From contig OX597814.1 of NCBI GenBank assembly GCA_951406725.2, positions 109,244,001 to 109,308,000 on the forward strand: a stretch of DNA of 64,000 bases. Reading direction: 5' to 3'. Position 1 is the stretch's first letter; each line of letters starts with the position of its first letter. The notes beneath the pieces are model-generated. The model ran no database searches and was not told where the DNA came from. It saw nothing but the letters and a program-made list of their open reading frames with translations. Both the position numbers and the translations under genes were made by a program. Shown here in pieces: positions 13,330 to 26,710 of this stretch. This stretch comes from Octopus vulgaris. Its lineage: Eukaryota.

Positions 13330-13630
13330 GTACTGTTTATGTGGTACCAGTGCTTTTTATCTGACACCAGCACAGGTGCTTTTTACATGGTACCATCACT
13401 AGTGTTTTTTACAGGGCACCAACACCGGTGCTTTTTATGTGGCACCAATATAGGTGCGTTTTACGTGACACTATCATTAGTGCTTTTTACATGGCACCAG
13501 CACCAGTGCTTTTTATGTGGCACCAATACCAGTGCTTTTTACATGGCACCATCATTAGTGCTTTTTACATGGCACCAGCACCAGTGCTTTTTATGTGGCA
13601 CCAATACGGGCACTTTTTACATGGCACCAG
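13330..13630. repeat. ~25-bp minisatellite (GTGCTTTTTACATGGCACCAGCACCA) grown from an RTE tail
   Basis: About 12 units directly following an RTE 3' tail at ~13185-13330. Confidence 0.85.
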
Positions 13631-13690
13631 CTACGTTAAAATATTAATACTTGTAGTATTAATTAATATTTCTAAAATTGCACAACTCAC

Positions 13691-13840
13691 CATGCTTGCT
13701 TCAAAGGTAGCAGGAATTGGAGATTCATTTAACAAAGTGATTTTCCTTTCTACGTCCTTCAGTACAGTAATGGTACCCCAGTCAACCTCAAGTGGTGCGA
13801 CATGTACCACAGGTCCTTCCCCATAACATGAAATCTCAAC
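13691..13840 (-). CDS. HYDIN: HYDIN exon 15 (VEISCYGEGPVVHV..FEASM)
   Basis: Hand-translated; AG/GTGAGT ends, 150 nt. Confidence 0.94.
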
Positions 13841-14164
13841 CTAAAAGAAAAAATTATTACCATTATTGGCATCATTGCCAGCAATAATCAGTACTGGACA
13901 AACCACGTTTCTGAAATCATCAAAAATGCTGAAGGTCTTTTAGCATCACTGAATAAGTCTTTTATCAGCCATTCACCAGCTTCTGTTTAACCTTTCGAAA
14001 TATTCTACCATTGCTTCAATTAATTTTTAAAATAATGAAGAACTGAGCAAAATAATTTTATCATTAAAATAGAACATGGCAACAAATTAACATAAAAGTG
14101 TGTGTGTGTGTGTGTGTGATTTTAGTTTTGAAATATCAGAATAATTTCAAGTAAAATGACTTAC

Positions 14165-14281
14165 TGTAATATATTCAGAACTACCAAAGACTTTAAAATA
14201 GGCTGGAGCCACCAACTCTCTGAGACATCCAGTTTTTATAGTCAGCGGTACATCAAAAGAGCTAAAAGCTTCAAGGATTCC
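14165..14281 (-). CDS. HYDIN: HYDIN exon 14 (GILEAFSSFDVPL..VFGSSEYIT)
   Basis: Hand-translated; AG/GTAAGT ends, 117 nt. Confidence 0.9.
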
Positions 14282-14752
14282 CTAAAACAGGAAAATATTC
14301 AATAAAGAATTCTTAAGATACATAAACAATTTCAATATCATGAAGAACAGGTTGAATTGATTGTACTAGAAACGAGAAACATGGCATTATGCAGCGAAAA
14401 TACCATGAGAAGTATATAACATGGAGGTCAGTACCTAACAAAAATTGAAGGACAAAATTTCTGCTTTGATATACTAAAACCAGCAAAAAATGTATTCACT
14501 GATATTGCAGAATGTTTGCTAGGCTTTAATAAAATTCTGTGACTACAATTGGAACAGCATTAAATTAAAATAGCCATCAGTGTATATACATTTAGCAGAT
14601 GACAAATGGATCAAAAGCAGGGCAAAATATATCTGTCATCTTAGTATGTCACTGTTGTAACATTGTTCATTTTGTTGTGATATTCAGTGGTTTTGAACGA
14701 AATATGTCAATGAAGATATTTCCTCTCAGACAGACAGATATATATATATATA

Positions 14753-15410
14753 CCAGCAGTATCGCCCGGCGTTGCTCGTGTTTGTAAGGGAAATAACTAT
14801 ATAAGCATTTTTAGAGAGTTATAGCAAAAAAATTAGCAAAAAGAATGCATTAAAAATGGAATAAAAAATGATGGTAATTTTTTTTTTAATCGTTGACTCA
14901 TTGTAGACATTTTTAGAGAGTTACTTCCCTTATATAATAGCGAAAAAATGCATTAAGATGGAAAAAATGATGGTAAATATTTTTAAAATCGTAGACTCAT
15001 CGTAGACGCTTTCTTAGCCATTTCTGTTTTGGTGTCTTCAAGCCATGAAGTCGTTGTTCTAAAAGAACGCTGGTCTCCTTGACAATGCTTTATGACGTTG
15101 ATTTCCTTACACTCCCTTCCCCACAGCTTCACGAGGGAGGGAAGAAGGGGGAGAAGCAACACAGGTGCAGGTGTGACCATGGACGCCAACGACACACGGA
15201 AAAATATGCGTTAAAATGGAAAAAAATGATGTTAAATTATTTTTAAAATCGTAGGCTCATCGTAGACGCGCGCTAATACCCAGACGGGCTCGATATGAAT
15301 CACGACTATAAGATACCTGAATTTGGTTAAACTGCACTGCAAAATGTGGGAGTAGTTAGGAATCTAAATCGTAGGAGACAGACACTCACACAACTACAGT
15401 TTTATATATA
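14753..15410 (-). mobile_element. Non-autonomous Helitron
   Basis: Ends homologous to the 35450-35845 copy; 3' GC-rich hairpin followed by CTGG. Confidence 0.75.
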
Positions 15411-15428
15411 TATATATATATATACATA

Positions 15429-15992
15429 TACAAGAGTGAGTCAAAACGTAATGCCATTTTGTTTAGGACTGGTATAATTACCAGCATAGGAACATGTATC
15501 ATACATCAAAATGAAGCTGGTCCTCTGTGGATCACATCCTTACTTCTTAACATAGCCACTGTTTCTCTCCAGAGCAATGTTCCACCTTCGAATGAGATCA
15601 TGTATCCCTGCACTGTAAAATTCTGTTGACTGTTCTTTGAGCCACTTCTTCACTACAGTTTTCACTTCCTTGTTACTGGAATAATTTAGTGACTTCAGCC
15701 TATTATCTCTTCGGCGCCATGAAAGAGGGTTTGAGAGGCAAACATTATTCCAGTGACAAGGAAGTGAAAACTATAGTGAAGGAGTGGCTCCAAGAACAGT
15801 CAACAGAATTTTATGGAGCAGGGATACATGCTCTCATTCGAAGGTGGAACATTGCTATTGAGAGAAACGGTGACAATGTTGAGAAGTAGAGATGTGATCC
15901 ACAGAGGACAAGCTTCATTTTGATGTATGATACATGTTCCTGTATTGGTAATTATACCAGTCCTTAACAAAATGGCATTACTTTTTGACTCA

Positions 15993-16000
<8 letters not shown>
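15429..16000. mobile_element. Mariner-derived fold-back element (3' end duplicated in inverted orientation)
   Basis: ~255-bp inverted arms, TA flanks; ORF 15689-15889 is a mariner transposase C-terminus (YYLFGAMKEGLRGKHY..GDNVEK). Confidence 0.9.
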
Positions 16001-16034
<34 letters not shown>

Positions 16035-16475
16035 CATGTGTAAAAGATTCGAGCGAGGTCGTTGCCAGTACCGCCTGACTGGCCCTCATGCCGGTGGCAT
16101 GTAAAAAGCACCCACTACACTTTGGAGTGGTTAGTGTTAGGAAGGGCATCCAGCTGTAGAAACTCTGCCAGATCAAGATTGGAGCCTGGTGCAGTCATCT
16201 GGTTCACCAGACCTCAGTCAAAATCGTCCAACCCAAGCTAGCATGGAAAGTGGACATTAAATGATGATGATGATAATGTTCCTATTATGTTATGCCATTG
16301 TGGTTGTTTGATGATCTAGTGTTATGAAACATCCAATTGCACTCTGAACACCCCATGCAGAGTTCCAAACAATGGTTGTTTGGAATGGTAAAACATATGT
16401 ACGAATAAATCATGTTAAGCTTGTATTTAATATAATTTGACAGACATATGTATGTACCTGTACACACACACACAC

Positions 16476-16702
16476 CTATTTCTTTACTACCCACAAGGGG
16501 CTAAACACAGAGAGGACAAACAAGGACAGACAAACGGATTAAGTCGATTAGATCGACCCCAGTGCGTAACTGGTACTTAATTTATCGACCCCGAAAGGAT
16601 GAAAGGCGAAGTCGACCTTGGTGGAATTTGAACTCAGAACGTAACAGTACACAAAATACGGCTACACATTTCGCCCGGCGTGCCAACGTTTCTGCCAGCT
16701 CA
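16476..16702 (-). mobile_element. SINE family B
   Basis: Homologous to 41836-42065; further copies at ~22803, 48812, 49045, 59528 and 60975. Confidence 0.85.
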
Positions 16703-17086
16703 CATACACACACACCACTGGATTTTTGTCCTCACATTATTACATTATGAAAAATCTTCAAAAGAATTATTGATTTCATGCAATTACTTTGTATCTGAGT
16801 TCTGATGCTCGACTCCAGACTGAACAGTGAATGATAACAAAGTCCCCCAGGTCATTAGTACCATTACAGTGTCTATTACTAATCATTAATTGCTAATTAA
16901 TAATTCAGTAAACAAGTACTATGAAGAAGCAGCTGGAACAGGTATAATTATGGTGATTTGTGTGAATTTTATGAAACTTACCAAATTACAGATAATACAG
17001 CTTTAGAGAGCAATGAGTTTTGCTCTGCGGGCTTACCCTAAATATGCAACATGCTGACAAAATCCTTGAAAAGCCTCAATGTCATG

Positions 17087-17253
17087 CAGGGCAGGCCCTA
17101 AGGTTGTTGGTGCTCTGGGCAAGCTGAACTTTGGTGCCCTTACAAGTATAATTTTTAAAAACTTTCACAAAGAGAAAAACTGAAAATATAGACCTGAAAG
17201 CATATGGCACCCCGGGCAACTGCCCAAGTTGCCAGTACCTTCAGCCAGCCCTG
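17087..17253. mobile_element. hAT-like MITE
   Basis: CAGGGCAGGC..GCCAGCCCTG termini; imperfect 8-bp TSD ATGTCATG/GTTTCATG. Confidence 0.55.
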
Positions 17254-18857
17254 GTTTCATGTGATCATCATTATAATTTAACATCAATTTTTTCCATACT
17301 TGCATGGGTTGGCAAGCTGGAGAGCTATACTAGGCTCCAATTTTCATTTTTGGCATGGTTTTTAAAGCTGGATGCTCTTCCTAATGCCAACCACTTTACA
17401 GTGTGTATTGGGTGTTTTTTACATGGCACCATCACCAGTGTTTTTGATGTGGAACCAGCACCAATGTGTTTTATGTGGTACCAGTACCAACAGGGTCACC
17501 AAGTACTTTGCAAGACAAAAACCCTCAACTGGGAGTGGGGTGAGTAGTATAGATGGGCTGTGGTTTTGTGCCAGTTGAGAGGGGACAGGTATAGGTATTA
17601 TGGCGGTTTTCGGTTATTCTACCTTAGGCTTTCTCTTAGGTTATATTATTTTATTTGGCTTTTCTCTGAGTAAGGGAGAATATAATGATTCAACGTCACT
17701 TATACTAAAGTGTTATCATTATACCTAAAACCCTAACTACAGTTATAACGTCATAGAAACATATATGCATGAAACGCTATGAATATTAACGACATGTATG
17801 TTAAATATTTTCTTTGTGTCCTTTAAACCGCTATAAGAAAACATAAATTAAGGATTACAGAAATGCATACTTATTTATGCTCAGTTGAAAAACAAACATG
17901 AAGAGAAACATTTTCTTTTTAATTATTTTTATTATATAAATATAACATTTTATATTATTTACAGTAGGAAAGATAACTTTGTCGTGAAGAAGAACAACTA
18001 TAATTTCATTAACTAATTTCTCAATTCTAGCTAATACATTAACCAACAAATCAAAATAGATTTGTGATTAACTTAGACATGGCATGAAAATTTACCGATG
18101 TCTCAAAAGAGTGAGTGTCGTGGAGTTCAGTGACATCCAACAAACACTGATATTTTTCCCAAAATCCAGGGTTTTTATAACTGCTCAACTTGACTAAAAA
18201 GAATCAAAATCCATGACAATTATTCTTTACGAAACTTTTAGAATATTTATATGAGCAGTTATATTAACCAATGGAAAAAACGAAAATGATAATTCTTCGG
18301 CAAAGACATTATGTCATATTGCCAATTCGTGCCATAATTCAAAATGGCTAAAATGGTTATTGCTACAGTATCATCATCATAATCATCATTTAATGTCCGC
18401 TTTCCATGCTAGCATGGGTTAGACGATTTTGACTGAGGGCTGGCGAACCAGATGGCTGCACCAGGCTCCAATCTTGATCTGGCAGAGTTTCTACAGCTGG
18501 ATGCCCTTCCTAATGCCACCCACTCCGAGAGTGTAGTGGGTACTTTTTATGTGCCACCGGCACGGGGGCCAGTCAGGCGGTACTGGCAATGACCTCACTT
18601 GAATCTTTTTACACATGTCACTGGCACAGGTGCCAGTAGGCGACGTTGGTAACAATCACGCTCGAATGATGCCCTTTTACGTGCCACCGGCACGGAAGCC
18701 AGTTGGCTGCTCTGGCACTTGCTGTAACGTAGATACAGGGATACCCCAGTTGCAAAACAAAGTAGAGTGGGTTGGAGAGTAAGATAAATAGAGTGATACG
18801 TGAGAGAGATGATGGCCGAGATGTGCCAGGACAATCCTAAGTACAAAAGTAACTTAC

Positions 18858-19041
18858 TGATGGTTCACTGCTACAGTATGAAATGCTTGACCATTTGTCA
18901 GGGTCTTGCGGCTCAAGATCATAACGAGCTCGGAGATTGGAGAGGTTTTGCAGCTTGACATACTGTGTGTAAGGATAGTTCAAGAAACATCGGTGGTACA
19001 TCAAAACTGGATTCGCTACAACGACTGTGGGAACCAAGCAT
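18858..19041 (-). CDS. HYDIN: HYDIN exon 13 (CLVPTVVV..CFLNYPY..SSEPS)
   Basis: AG/GTAAGT ends, 184 nt, phase 2-0. Confidence 0.94.
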
Positions 19042-20054
19042 CTGGAAATTAATTTAATATATTCTTTAAAGATTAAGAAATTTTTGTGTGTTTTTATAAG
19101 TGTTGAGGATTAAGAGATTAGTGGCTAAATCTTGACAAATAAATGGATATTCTTAATCACGACATTGAAGTGCATCAAGTGGAGAAGCTCCAGCTTGGAA
19201 GTTCAGGAGTTTTGAGGGAGTCTGGGGTTACTCCTTAGTCATCACACCCGCCAGGTTCACTCTGGCCTGGGGAGGCAGTACTGTCAAGGGTCTCAGTTAG
19301 GGGTCAAATAACAGATGATCCTGTGACTAAAATATACAAGATTCAAAGTAGAGCTGGGCCCTAGACATGTCACACAGGCCCAGACAGGGGGCTGGGTCCT
19401 AGACAGGTTACAAAGGTCCAGAAAGAGGCTGGACTCTAGATATTTCACACAGGCCCACTGGATGTGTAGGCATGCCCTGATGTCATGTAAACCAGTGCCC
19501 AACTGCCTATGGGTTTAATATGCCTCGTGCCTCAAGGGTAAACTCTGAAGGGCAGGAGACTAGCAGAGCAAATACGGTGGAGAAAGTAGAAGGCAACAGG
19601 GAACCACACTGTGAGGTGATTCCAAGAAAAATCAGGAGTCTTCAGACTTTGGCAAGGAGGTCCATGTTTGCTGATACCTGTAGGAATACCACATGGATAG
19701 AGAGAAAGAAGGAGGCAGAAAGAGAGAAAGAGGAAGAGAGGAGGAAGAGAGAAAGAAAGAGAAATAGGGGAGAGAGAAAGGGAGGAAAGTGAAAGTGAGA
19801 GAGAATATATGTAGAAGTTGTAAAATTATGGTTTTGTGAGAAACTGCAATCTTTCAAATCTAATATTTTGATGATAAAATCATTTGTAATCTTTAAAAAC
19901 AAAAGTTTGCAATTTCTGAAATATTTGCAACTTGAATTTTAAGACTTTGTCTGAGGAAAATGAATTAAGAGATTTTTGTATTCTTTTAAGCGTCTCTTCC
20001 ATAACATAATTGCTTCCAAATACTACAAAAAGTGTTTTCTCCATTGACTATACT

Positions 20055-20350
20055 ACTACTACGTCATCATCATCATCAATATTATATCATCATCATCATT
20101 ATTATTATTATATCATCATCATCATTATTATTATTATTATATCATCATTATCATCATCATCATTATTATTATATCATTATTATTATTATATCATCATCAT
20201 TATTATTATTATATCATCATCGTCATTATTATTATTATATCATCATCATCATCATTATTATTATATCATTATCATCATTATTATTATTATTATTATTATA
20301 TCATCATCACTATTATATCATCATCATTATTATTATTATTATTATTATTA
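20055..20350. repeat. Compound (CAT)n/(TAT)n microsatellite
   Basis: Direct reading. Confidence 0.95.
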
Positions 20351-20570
20351 AACCTTTTAGCATTTAAACCAACCATATCAGGCTGAAAGATTCTAAATGT
20401 TTTACAAGCAAACTCGCCAGATGTGACCATTTACACCCAGCTTACAATGTCCTAAAAATAAACAAACATATCATTTAAATCTCAAAGCTTCAAGATGAAG
20501 GCATGATTAATTCAAAACAATGAGAATAAATATTATATTTGACAGAGTAATCTGAATGGCCAAGGGTTAA
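20348..20570. mobile_element. TTAA-flanked piggyBac-type MITE
   Basis: TTAA-ACCTTTTAGCATT..AATGGCCAAGGG-TTAA; related copies at ~22200-22378 and 34030-34792. Confidence 0.65.
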
Positions 20571-20779
20571 TGCCTACTTTACACATTGGCTAATTTGACA
20601 GGATCCAATGTGTCAGAGGATAGTTTCAAGCTTCAATATCTGTTTGTTGCAGGGTTTCTGCAGTGGGATGCCCTTCCTAACATCAACCACTTTACAGAAT
20701 GTGAACTGAGTGGTTTTTACATGACACCAGCACAAGTGAGGTCACCCAGTAATTTACTAGACAAAGAAAAGAAGATTTC

Positions 20780-21020
20780 TCCTCATCTTGTTTGTTGTTA
20801 GCACAACATCTCGGCTGATATACCCTCCAACCTTCATCAGGTGTGTTGGGGAAATTTTGAACCTGGGTTCTCATTCCTAAGATTCGAAATTTCCCCAAGA
20901 TACCTGATGAAGGCTGGAGGGTATATCAGCTGAAATGTTGTGCTAAAAACAAACAAGATGAGGACAAATATCCATCAAATGTAAATAATGTAAATAATTC
21001 CTCATCGCTTAAATATAGAA
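20780..21020. mobile_element. Fold-back fragment of the hammerhead-tailed element (same family as 34157-34705)
   Basis: Inverted arms ~20780-20863/20882-20964, each with CTGATGAAGG(C/T)TGGAGGGTATATCAGC(C/T)GA(A/G)A. Confidence 0.75.
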
Positions 21021-22397
21021 AGAAAAGGAAGCCCCCACCTCAACTGCACCCTATGGGAGAGGTGGCATCATGGCAGGTGCTGAGTGGTTAAAGTATGATA
21101 GAAAGACTGGCACAAATGTCTCACTGCAGAAGGAATAAATGGCCACCATGCCTTATACAGGAGTGGATAAGAGTAGTGGGAAAGAAGATGAAGTTGTTGG
21201 TGACAAATGTCAGAGCATACTCTCATCATCATCATGATTTAACGTCCATTGTCCATGCTGGCATGGGTTGGACAGTTTGACCAGGGATGGCAAGCTGGAA
21301 AGCTGCACCAGACTCCAGTCTGTTTTGGCATAGTTTTCTATGGCTGGATGCCATTCTTAATGCCAACCACTCTGTAATGGGTGCTTTTATGTGCCACCAG
21401 CATGGGTGCTATTTGTGTGACACTGGTATCTGCCACAACTGTGGTTTTACTTGGCTTAATGAGTCTTCTTCTCAAGCACAGCATAATGCCAAATGGACTC
21501 AGATATTATCTCTGTGAGGTCCAATGGTCGAAGCCTGACATAATACCAAATGATCTTGGTCCTTGCCTCTGTGAGGCCCAACACTCAAAAGGCACTTTTA
21601 CGTGCCACTGGCACGAGTGCCATTTGCATGACACTGGTATCTGCCACAAGTGCAATTTTACTTGACTTGATGGGTCTTCTTCTCAAGCACAACATAATGC
21701 CAAAGGTGTTGGTCATTACCTTTGTGAGGCCCAACGTTCAAAAGGAACTCAACCACTTTGCCTCCATGAGGTTCAACGCTTGATACAAAAAGGTGACTAT
21801 AAGAGAGAATACAGAGTGAGGAGGAGGGGGGTAGGTGGATAAGTTTATAAGAGCATGTGAGAGAAAAGCTAGAGGTGATTAGGGATGGAGGTAAAGGTTT
21901 GGTCAATGGAAAAAATATGTAAGAGGGAGAAGGTAGAAGAGATAGCTCAAGAAGTATGTGGTGGCAAGTGGCACCACCTACAGGAAGCAGGAGGAAGTCC
22001 TTCTAAGACTCAGTATTAAGTTTAGACCTTTTGGCATTAGGAAGGGCATCCAGCTGCAGAAACTCTGCAGATTGGAGCCTGGTGCAGCCATCTGGTTCGC
22101 CAGTCCTCAGTCAAATCGTCCAACCCATGCAAGCATGGAAAGCGGACGTTAAATGATGATGATGATGATGGTTACTCTCTCAAATGAAATACTTATTGAT
22201 GTACATTATTTTGAATTAATCATGCACTATCTCGTAGTTTTGAGATTTTGATGTGATTGTTTATTTTTAGAATAACATTGTAGGGTAGGTGTGAGAGACT
22301 GAATCTGGTCAGTCTCAACATAAAACAAGAAAGAATGTTTGAACCTGATATGGCTGGTTTACGCGCTAAAGGGTTAAATGCACTCATTTATGATTAC

Positions 22398-22716
22398 CTG
22401 GCAGTAATAGGCATTGAGAACACTTGATCTGCGACATTAATGACATCCACGACAAGAGCCATTTCATATCGAGACACAGTGTTGGACACAAATTGAACGG
22501 TCACTTGGAGAGAACTCATTGCTTCAACAACGCCCTCTGATGGGATGATTTTAAATTCTTTGGGTGGTAAGGTTTGTTTATCAGCTCTCTTTGGATAAAA
22601 ATTTCCTTTTATACTTGGAATACTGTCAACAATGCCATCTCCTGGCACATGGAGCCGAAAGTTCATTGGAATCAATGAAGTATTGTGCATTTGAAAGGTT
22701 TTCATGTACTGGAAGC
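22398..22716 (-). CDS. HYDIN: HYDIN exon 12 (FQYMKTFQMHNTSLIPM..MPITAR)
   Basis: AG/GT ends, 319 nt, phase 1-2. Confidence 0.95.
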
Positions 22717-24029
22717 CTGGAATTAATCACCAAAATAATTAAAATCTGTTGATAAAATATAGAGAAAAAAGCAATAATTAAGACTGAAATACTTTCTACG
22801 ACAGCAAGCTGGCAGAATGATTATGATGCTGGAGAAAATGTTTAGCAGCATTTCGTCCATCTTCATGTTCTGAGTTCAAATGCCACCAAGGCTGACTTTA
22901 CCCATCATCCCTTTCAGAACTGATAAAATGTGTACCAGTCATGTACTGGGGTCAATGTAATCAACTTACCACCTCCTCCAAACTTGCTGGCCTTGTGCCA
23001 AAATTTGAAACTAATATTAAAATACATGCCGGTGGCACGTAAAAAGCATCCACTACATTCTCGGAGTGGTTGGCGTTAGGAAGGGCATCCAGCTGTAGAA
23101 ACACAGCCAGATCAAGATTGGAGCCTGGTGCAGCCATCTGGTTCACCAGCCCTCAGTCAAAATCGTCCAACCCATGCTAGCATGGAAAGCGGACGTTAAA
23201 CGATGATGATGATGATGATGTTCTCCTTATGACTTATATAATCTGCATGTAATGTGACAGTCATCATCATTATCATTTGATAATGTCTCTCTTACATGTT
23301 GGCATCAGTTGGACTGATTGACAAGATCCAGCAAGCTGCAGGGCTGTGTCAAGCTCCAATGTCTGCTTTGGTATAGTTTCTATGGCTGGATGCCCTTCTT
23401 GGGGCCAACCACTTTACAGAGTGTATTGGGTGCTTTTTATATGGCACCAAACACAAGTGAGAGTGCCAAGAAATCTGCAACACAAGGAAAAAAAACCCAC
23501 AACTAAGGGTGAAAAGCGGGAGGTGAGTTATTTGCCATGTGTTGAAAGACTAAAGTATGATAGATGGACAAGCAGAGGGGCCTTGCTGCAGACAAGATAC
23601 ATGGCTCCTTCATATTATACAAAGCTGAGTAAACACAACAGGCTTTCATTCAGTTTTCATCTATGAATTTAACTCTCAATGTATTTATCAACCCAAAGAT
23701 ACAACAAAAAAATTCTTGTTCAAGGTACCAGGCAATGGGATTGAACCTAAAACCACACGGCTGTGTTTAGCAGTGTAAAACATCCAATGAATTTCCAGTG
23801 TAAAAGGATGTTTGAACAAATTGGCTCAGTGGTACAATAGGGTGTTGGATTAATGGGCTTAAAGAACAAGGGTTCAAACTGACTGCCAGTCACTTAGTTG
23901 TTTTATCATGTTATGGCTGTTCAACTTATTGGAAAGAATAAACAGCAGATCAATGCAGCGGAAGCTTGACCTTGTCTTGATTGGCCTTGCTGGTGAATCC
24001 TGATACTCAGTCATACTATTCATTGAGTG

Positions 24030-25072
24030 TAAGTGGAGCTCAGTCATATAACATGTCATGAGTGAGATGAGTGGAGCTCAATTATATTACATGCCACGAG
24101 TGAGATGAGTGGAGCTCAGTCATATTACATGCCACGAGTGAGATGAGTGGAGCTGTCATATTTACATGTCACAAGTGAGATGAGTGGAGCTCAGTAATAT
24201 TTACATGTCACGAGTGAGATGAGTGCAGCTGTCATATTTACATGTCACAAGTGAGATGAGTGCAGCTGTCATATTTACATGTCACAAGTGAGATGAGTGG
24301 AGCTCAGTCATATTACATATCACGTGAGATGAGTGGTGCTCAATCATATTTATGTCACCAGTGAGATGAGTGGAGCTCAGTCATATTACATGTCATGAGT
24401 GAGATGAGTGGAGCTCAATCATATTAAATGCCATGAGTGAGATGAGTGGAGCTGTCATATTTACATGTCACGAGTGAGATGAGTGGAGCTCAGTAATATT
24501 TACATGTCATGAGTGAGATGAATGGAGCTCAGTAATATTTACATGTCACGAGTGAGATGAGTGCAGCTGTCATATTTACATGTCACAAGTGAGATGAGTG
24601 GAGCTGTCATATTTACATGTCATGAGTGAGATGAGTGGAGCTCAGTCATATTACATATCATGAGTGAGATGAGTGGAGCTCAGTCATATTACATATCATG
24701 AGTGAGATGAGTGGAGCTCAATCATATTTATGTCACCAGTGAGATGAGTGGAGCTCAGTCATATTACATGCCATGAGTGAGATGAGTGGGGCTCAGTCAC
24801 ATTTACATATCACAAGTGAGATGAGTGGAGCTCAGTCATATTACATGCCATGAGTGGAGCTCAGTCATATTTACATGTCACCAGTGAGATGAGTGGAGCT
24901 CAGTTGTATTTACATGTCACGAGCGAGATGAGTGGAGCTCAGTCATATTTGCATGTCACGAGTGAGATGAGTGGAGCTCAGTGATATTAAATGCCATAAG
25001 TGAGATGAGTGGAGCTCAGTCATATTTACATATCACGAGTGAGATGAGTGGAGCTCAGTCATATTACATGTT
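24030..25072. repeat. 37-39-bp minisatellite, ~27 copies (GAGTGAGATGAGTGGAGCTCAGTCATATT(T)ACATGTCAC)
   Basis: Head-to-tail units without unique spacers. Confidence 0.95.
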
Positions 25073-25633
25073 GTGTATGAAATGAATGGGATCTGTACAT
25101 CCACCCCTCAACAAGGTGAAGGGTGGGTGTGGAGTAATTTGTTGAATCTTACAGTATAGTCTGAGCCAAACTCACATAATTGAAGTCATGGTTACAAGGT
25201 TCAGCAGCTCACTTTGTAGTCGTATGGTTCTGAGTTCAGTCTCACTACACGGCACCTTGGGTTGACCAAAGCCTTGTGAGTGCATTTGATAGACAGAGAC
25301 TGAAAGAAGCCCAATATGTTTTTTATAAACCATACCAGTAAATTGGATGTTTAACACACCCCTTTGAAGGATTTCTTTTCCTCGGTGTGCGTGCGTGCGT
25401 TTGTGTGTGCATTCATGCGTGCATTTGTGCATCTTTGTGTCTGCGTCTGTCACCCACTGCCACTTGACAACTGGTGTTGGTGTGTTTATGTGCCTATAAC
25501 TTAGCACTTTGATAAAAAGGGATCGATAAAATAAGCACCAGGCTTTAAAAATATAAGTACTGGGGTCGATTCATCCAACTAAATACTTGAAGGCAATGCC
25601 CCAGCATGGCCACAGTCTAATGACTGAAACATG

Positions 25634-26517
25634 TACAAGGTAGTATCAAAAAGTTCCTGGACTAGTTATGTAGCATGCCAACAGATGGCAGCACACAGTT
25701 GTGTGCACAGTGAGAGCTAGCATGAGGCAGTGTGCAGAGTGACATTGCTATGTTCACTTTGCAAGTTGTGAAATTTGTGTTTTTGTGATCATGTGTATGC
25801 TGTAGTCCGAGATAGTCATGGACAGGAAGTTGGAACAAAAAGCCAACGTGGAATTTTGCATGAAACTTGGGAAGTCTGCTACAGAGACATTGAGTATTCT
25901 TTGGAAAGCTTTTGGTGATGAGGCAATGGGGCATATGCAATGTTTCAAGTGGCATGGGTGCTTCAAAAGCAGAAGAATGTCCATGGAAGACCTACCACAA
26001 ATGTTGACCCCGGAAATGTGGAGAAAATTCATCAGCTTGTGCCTGAGGATCGTCGGAGGACAATCAGTGATGTTTTGAAGTGATTGAGGGAGGACATTCG
26101 GTGAAAGCAACTGGATCTGTAGAGCACAAAGAATTGGATTCTTCACAACAACAATGCACCCTGTCACCATGAGTTTCTTGCCAAAAACAACATGGCATTG
26201 CTTTCACACCCACCCTATTCACCAGATTTAGCACCTGTGAACTTCCATAACTTCCCTAAGATGGAAAATGCAGCTCAAAGGTCACCATTTTAACACCATT
26301 GTCGAAATCCAGAACAAATTGCAGAAGGTCCTCGACTTGCTTACGGAAAATGACTTCCAGGCTGGATACCAAAAGTGGCAGGAACACTGGGACCAGTGTA
26401 TTGCTGCACAAGGTGACTATTTCAAAGGAGATAATGATGATGATGTTAAAATTTTGGTAAATAAGTTATTTTTTATTAAACATAACTAGTCTGGGAACTT
26501 TTTGATACCACCTCGTA
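25634..26517 (+). mobile_element. Internally deleted mariner transposon
   Basis: TIRs TACAAGGTAGTATCAAAAAGTTCC/GGAACTTTTTGATACCACCTCGTA; transposase remnants MDRKLEQKANVEFC.., PYSPDLAP, GDYFKG. Confidence 0.9.
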
Positions 26518-26710
26518 GCAGGAAAGAAGGTCCCTATAACTTGGTAGGTTGGCAAAAGAAGCCAATCCAATGAATGCCAGACTTAAAAAACAAGGTTAAT
26601 TTGTTCAAATAAACCCTTCAAAGACAATACCCCAGTATGGCCTATGCCCAATGAGTGAAATAAGTAAAAGATAAAAAAATACAAAAAATTACAGCCAAAA
26701 ACAGACTTAC

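Noticed and set aside
18096-18195. Possible extra HYDIN exon (open frame ending at GTAAAT)
   Set aside because: Exons 13 and 14 already join in phase and colinearly, and the peptide has no HYDIN resemblance.
24030-25072. CRISPR-like array
   Set aside because: Units are contiguous with no unique spacers, the context is a eukaryotic intron, and there are no cas genes.
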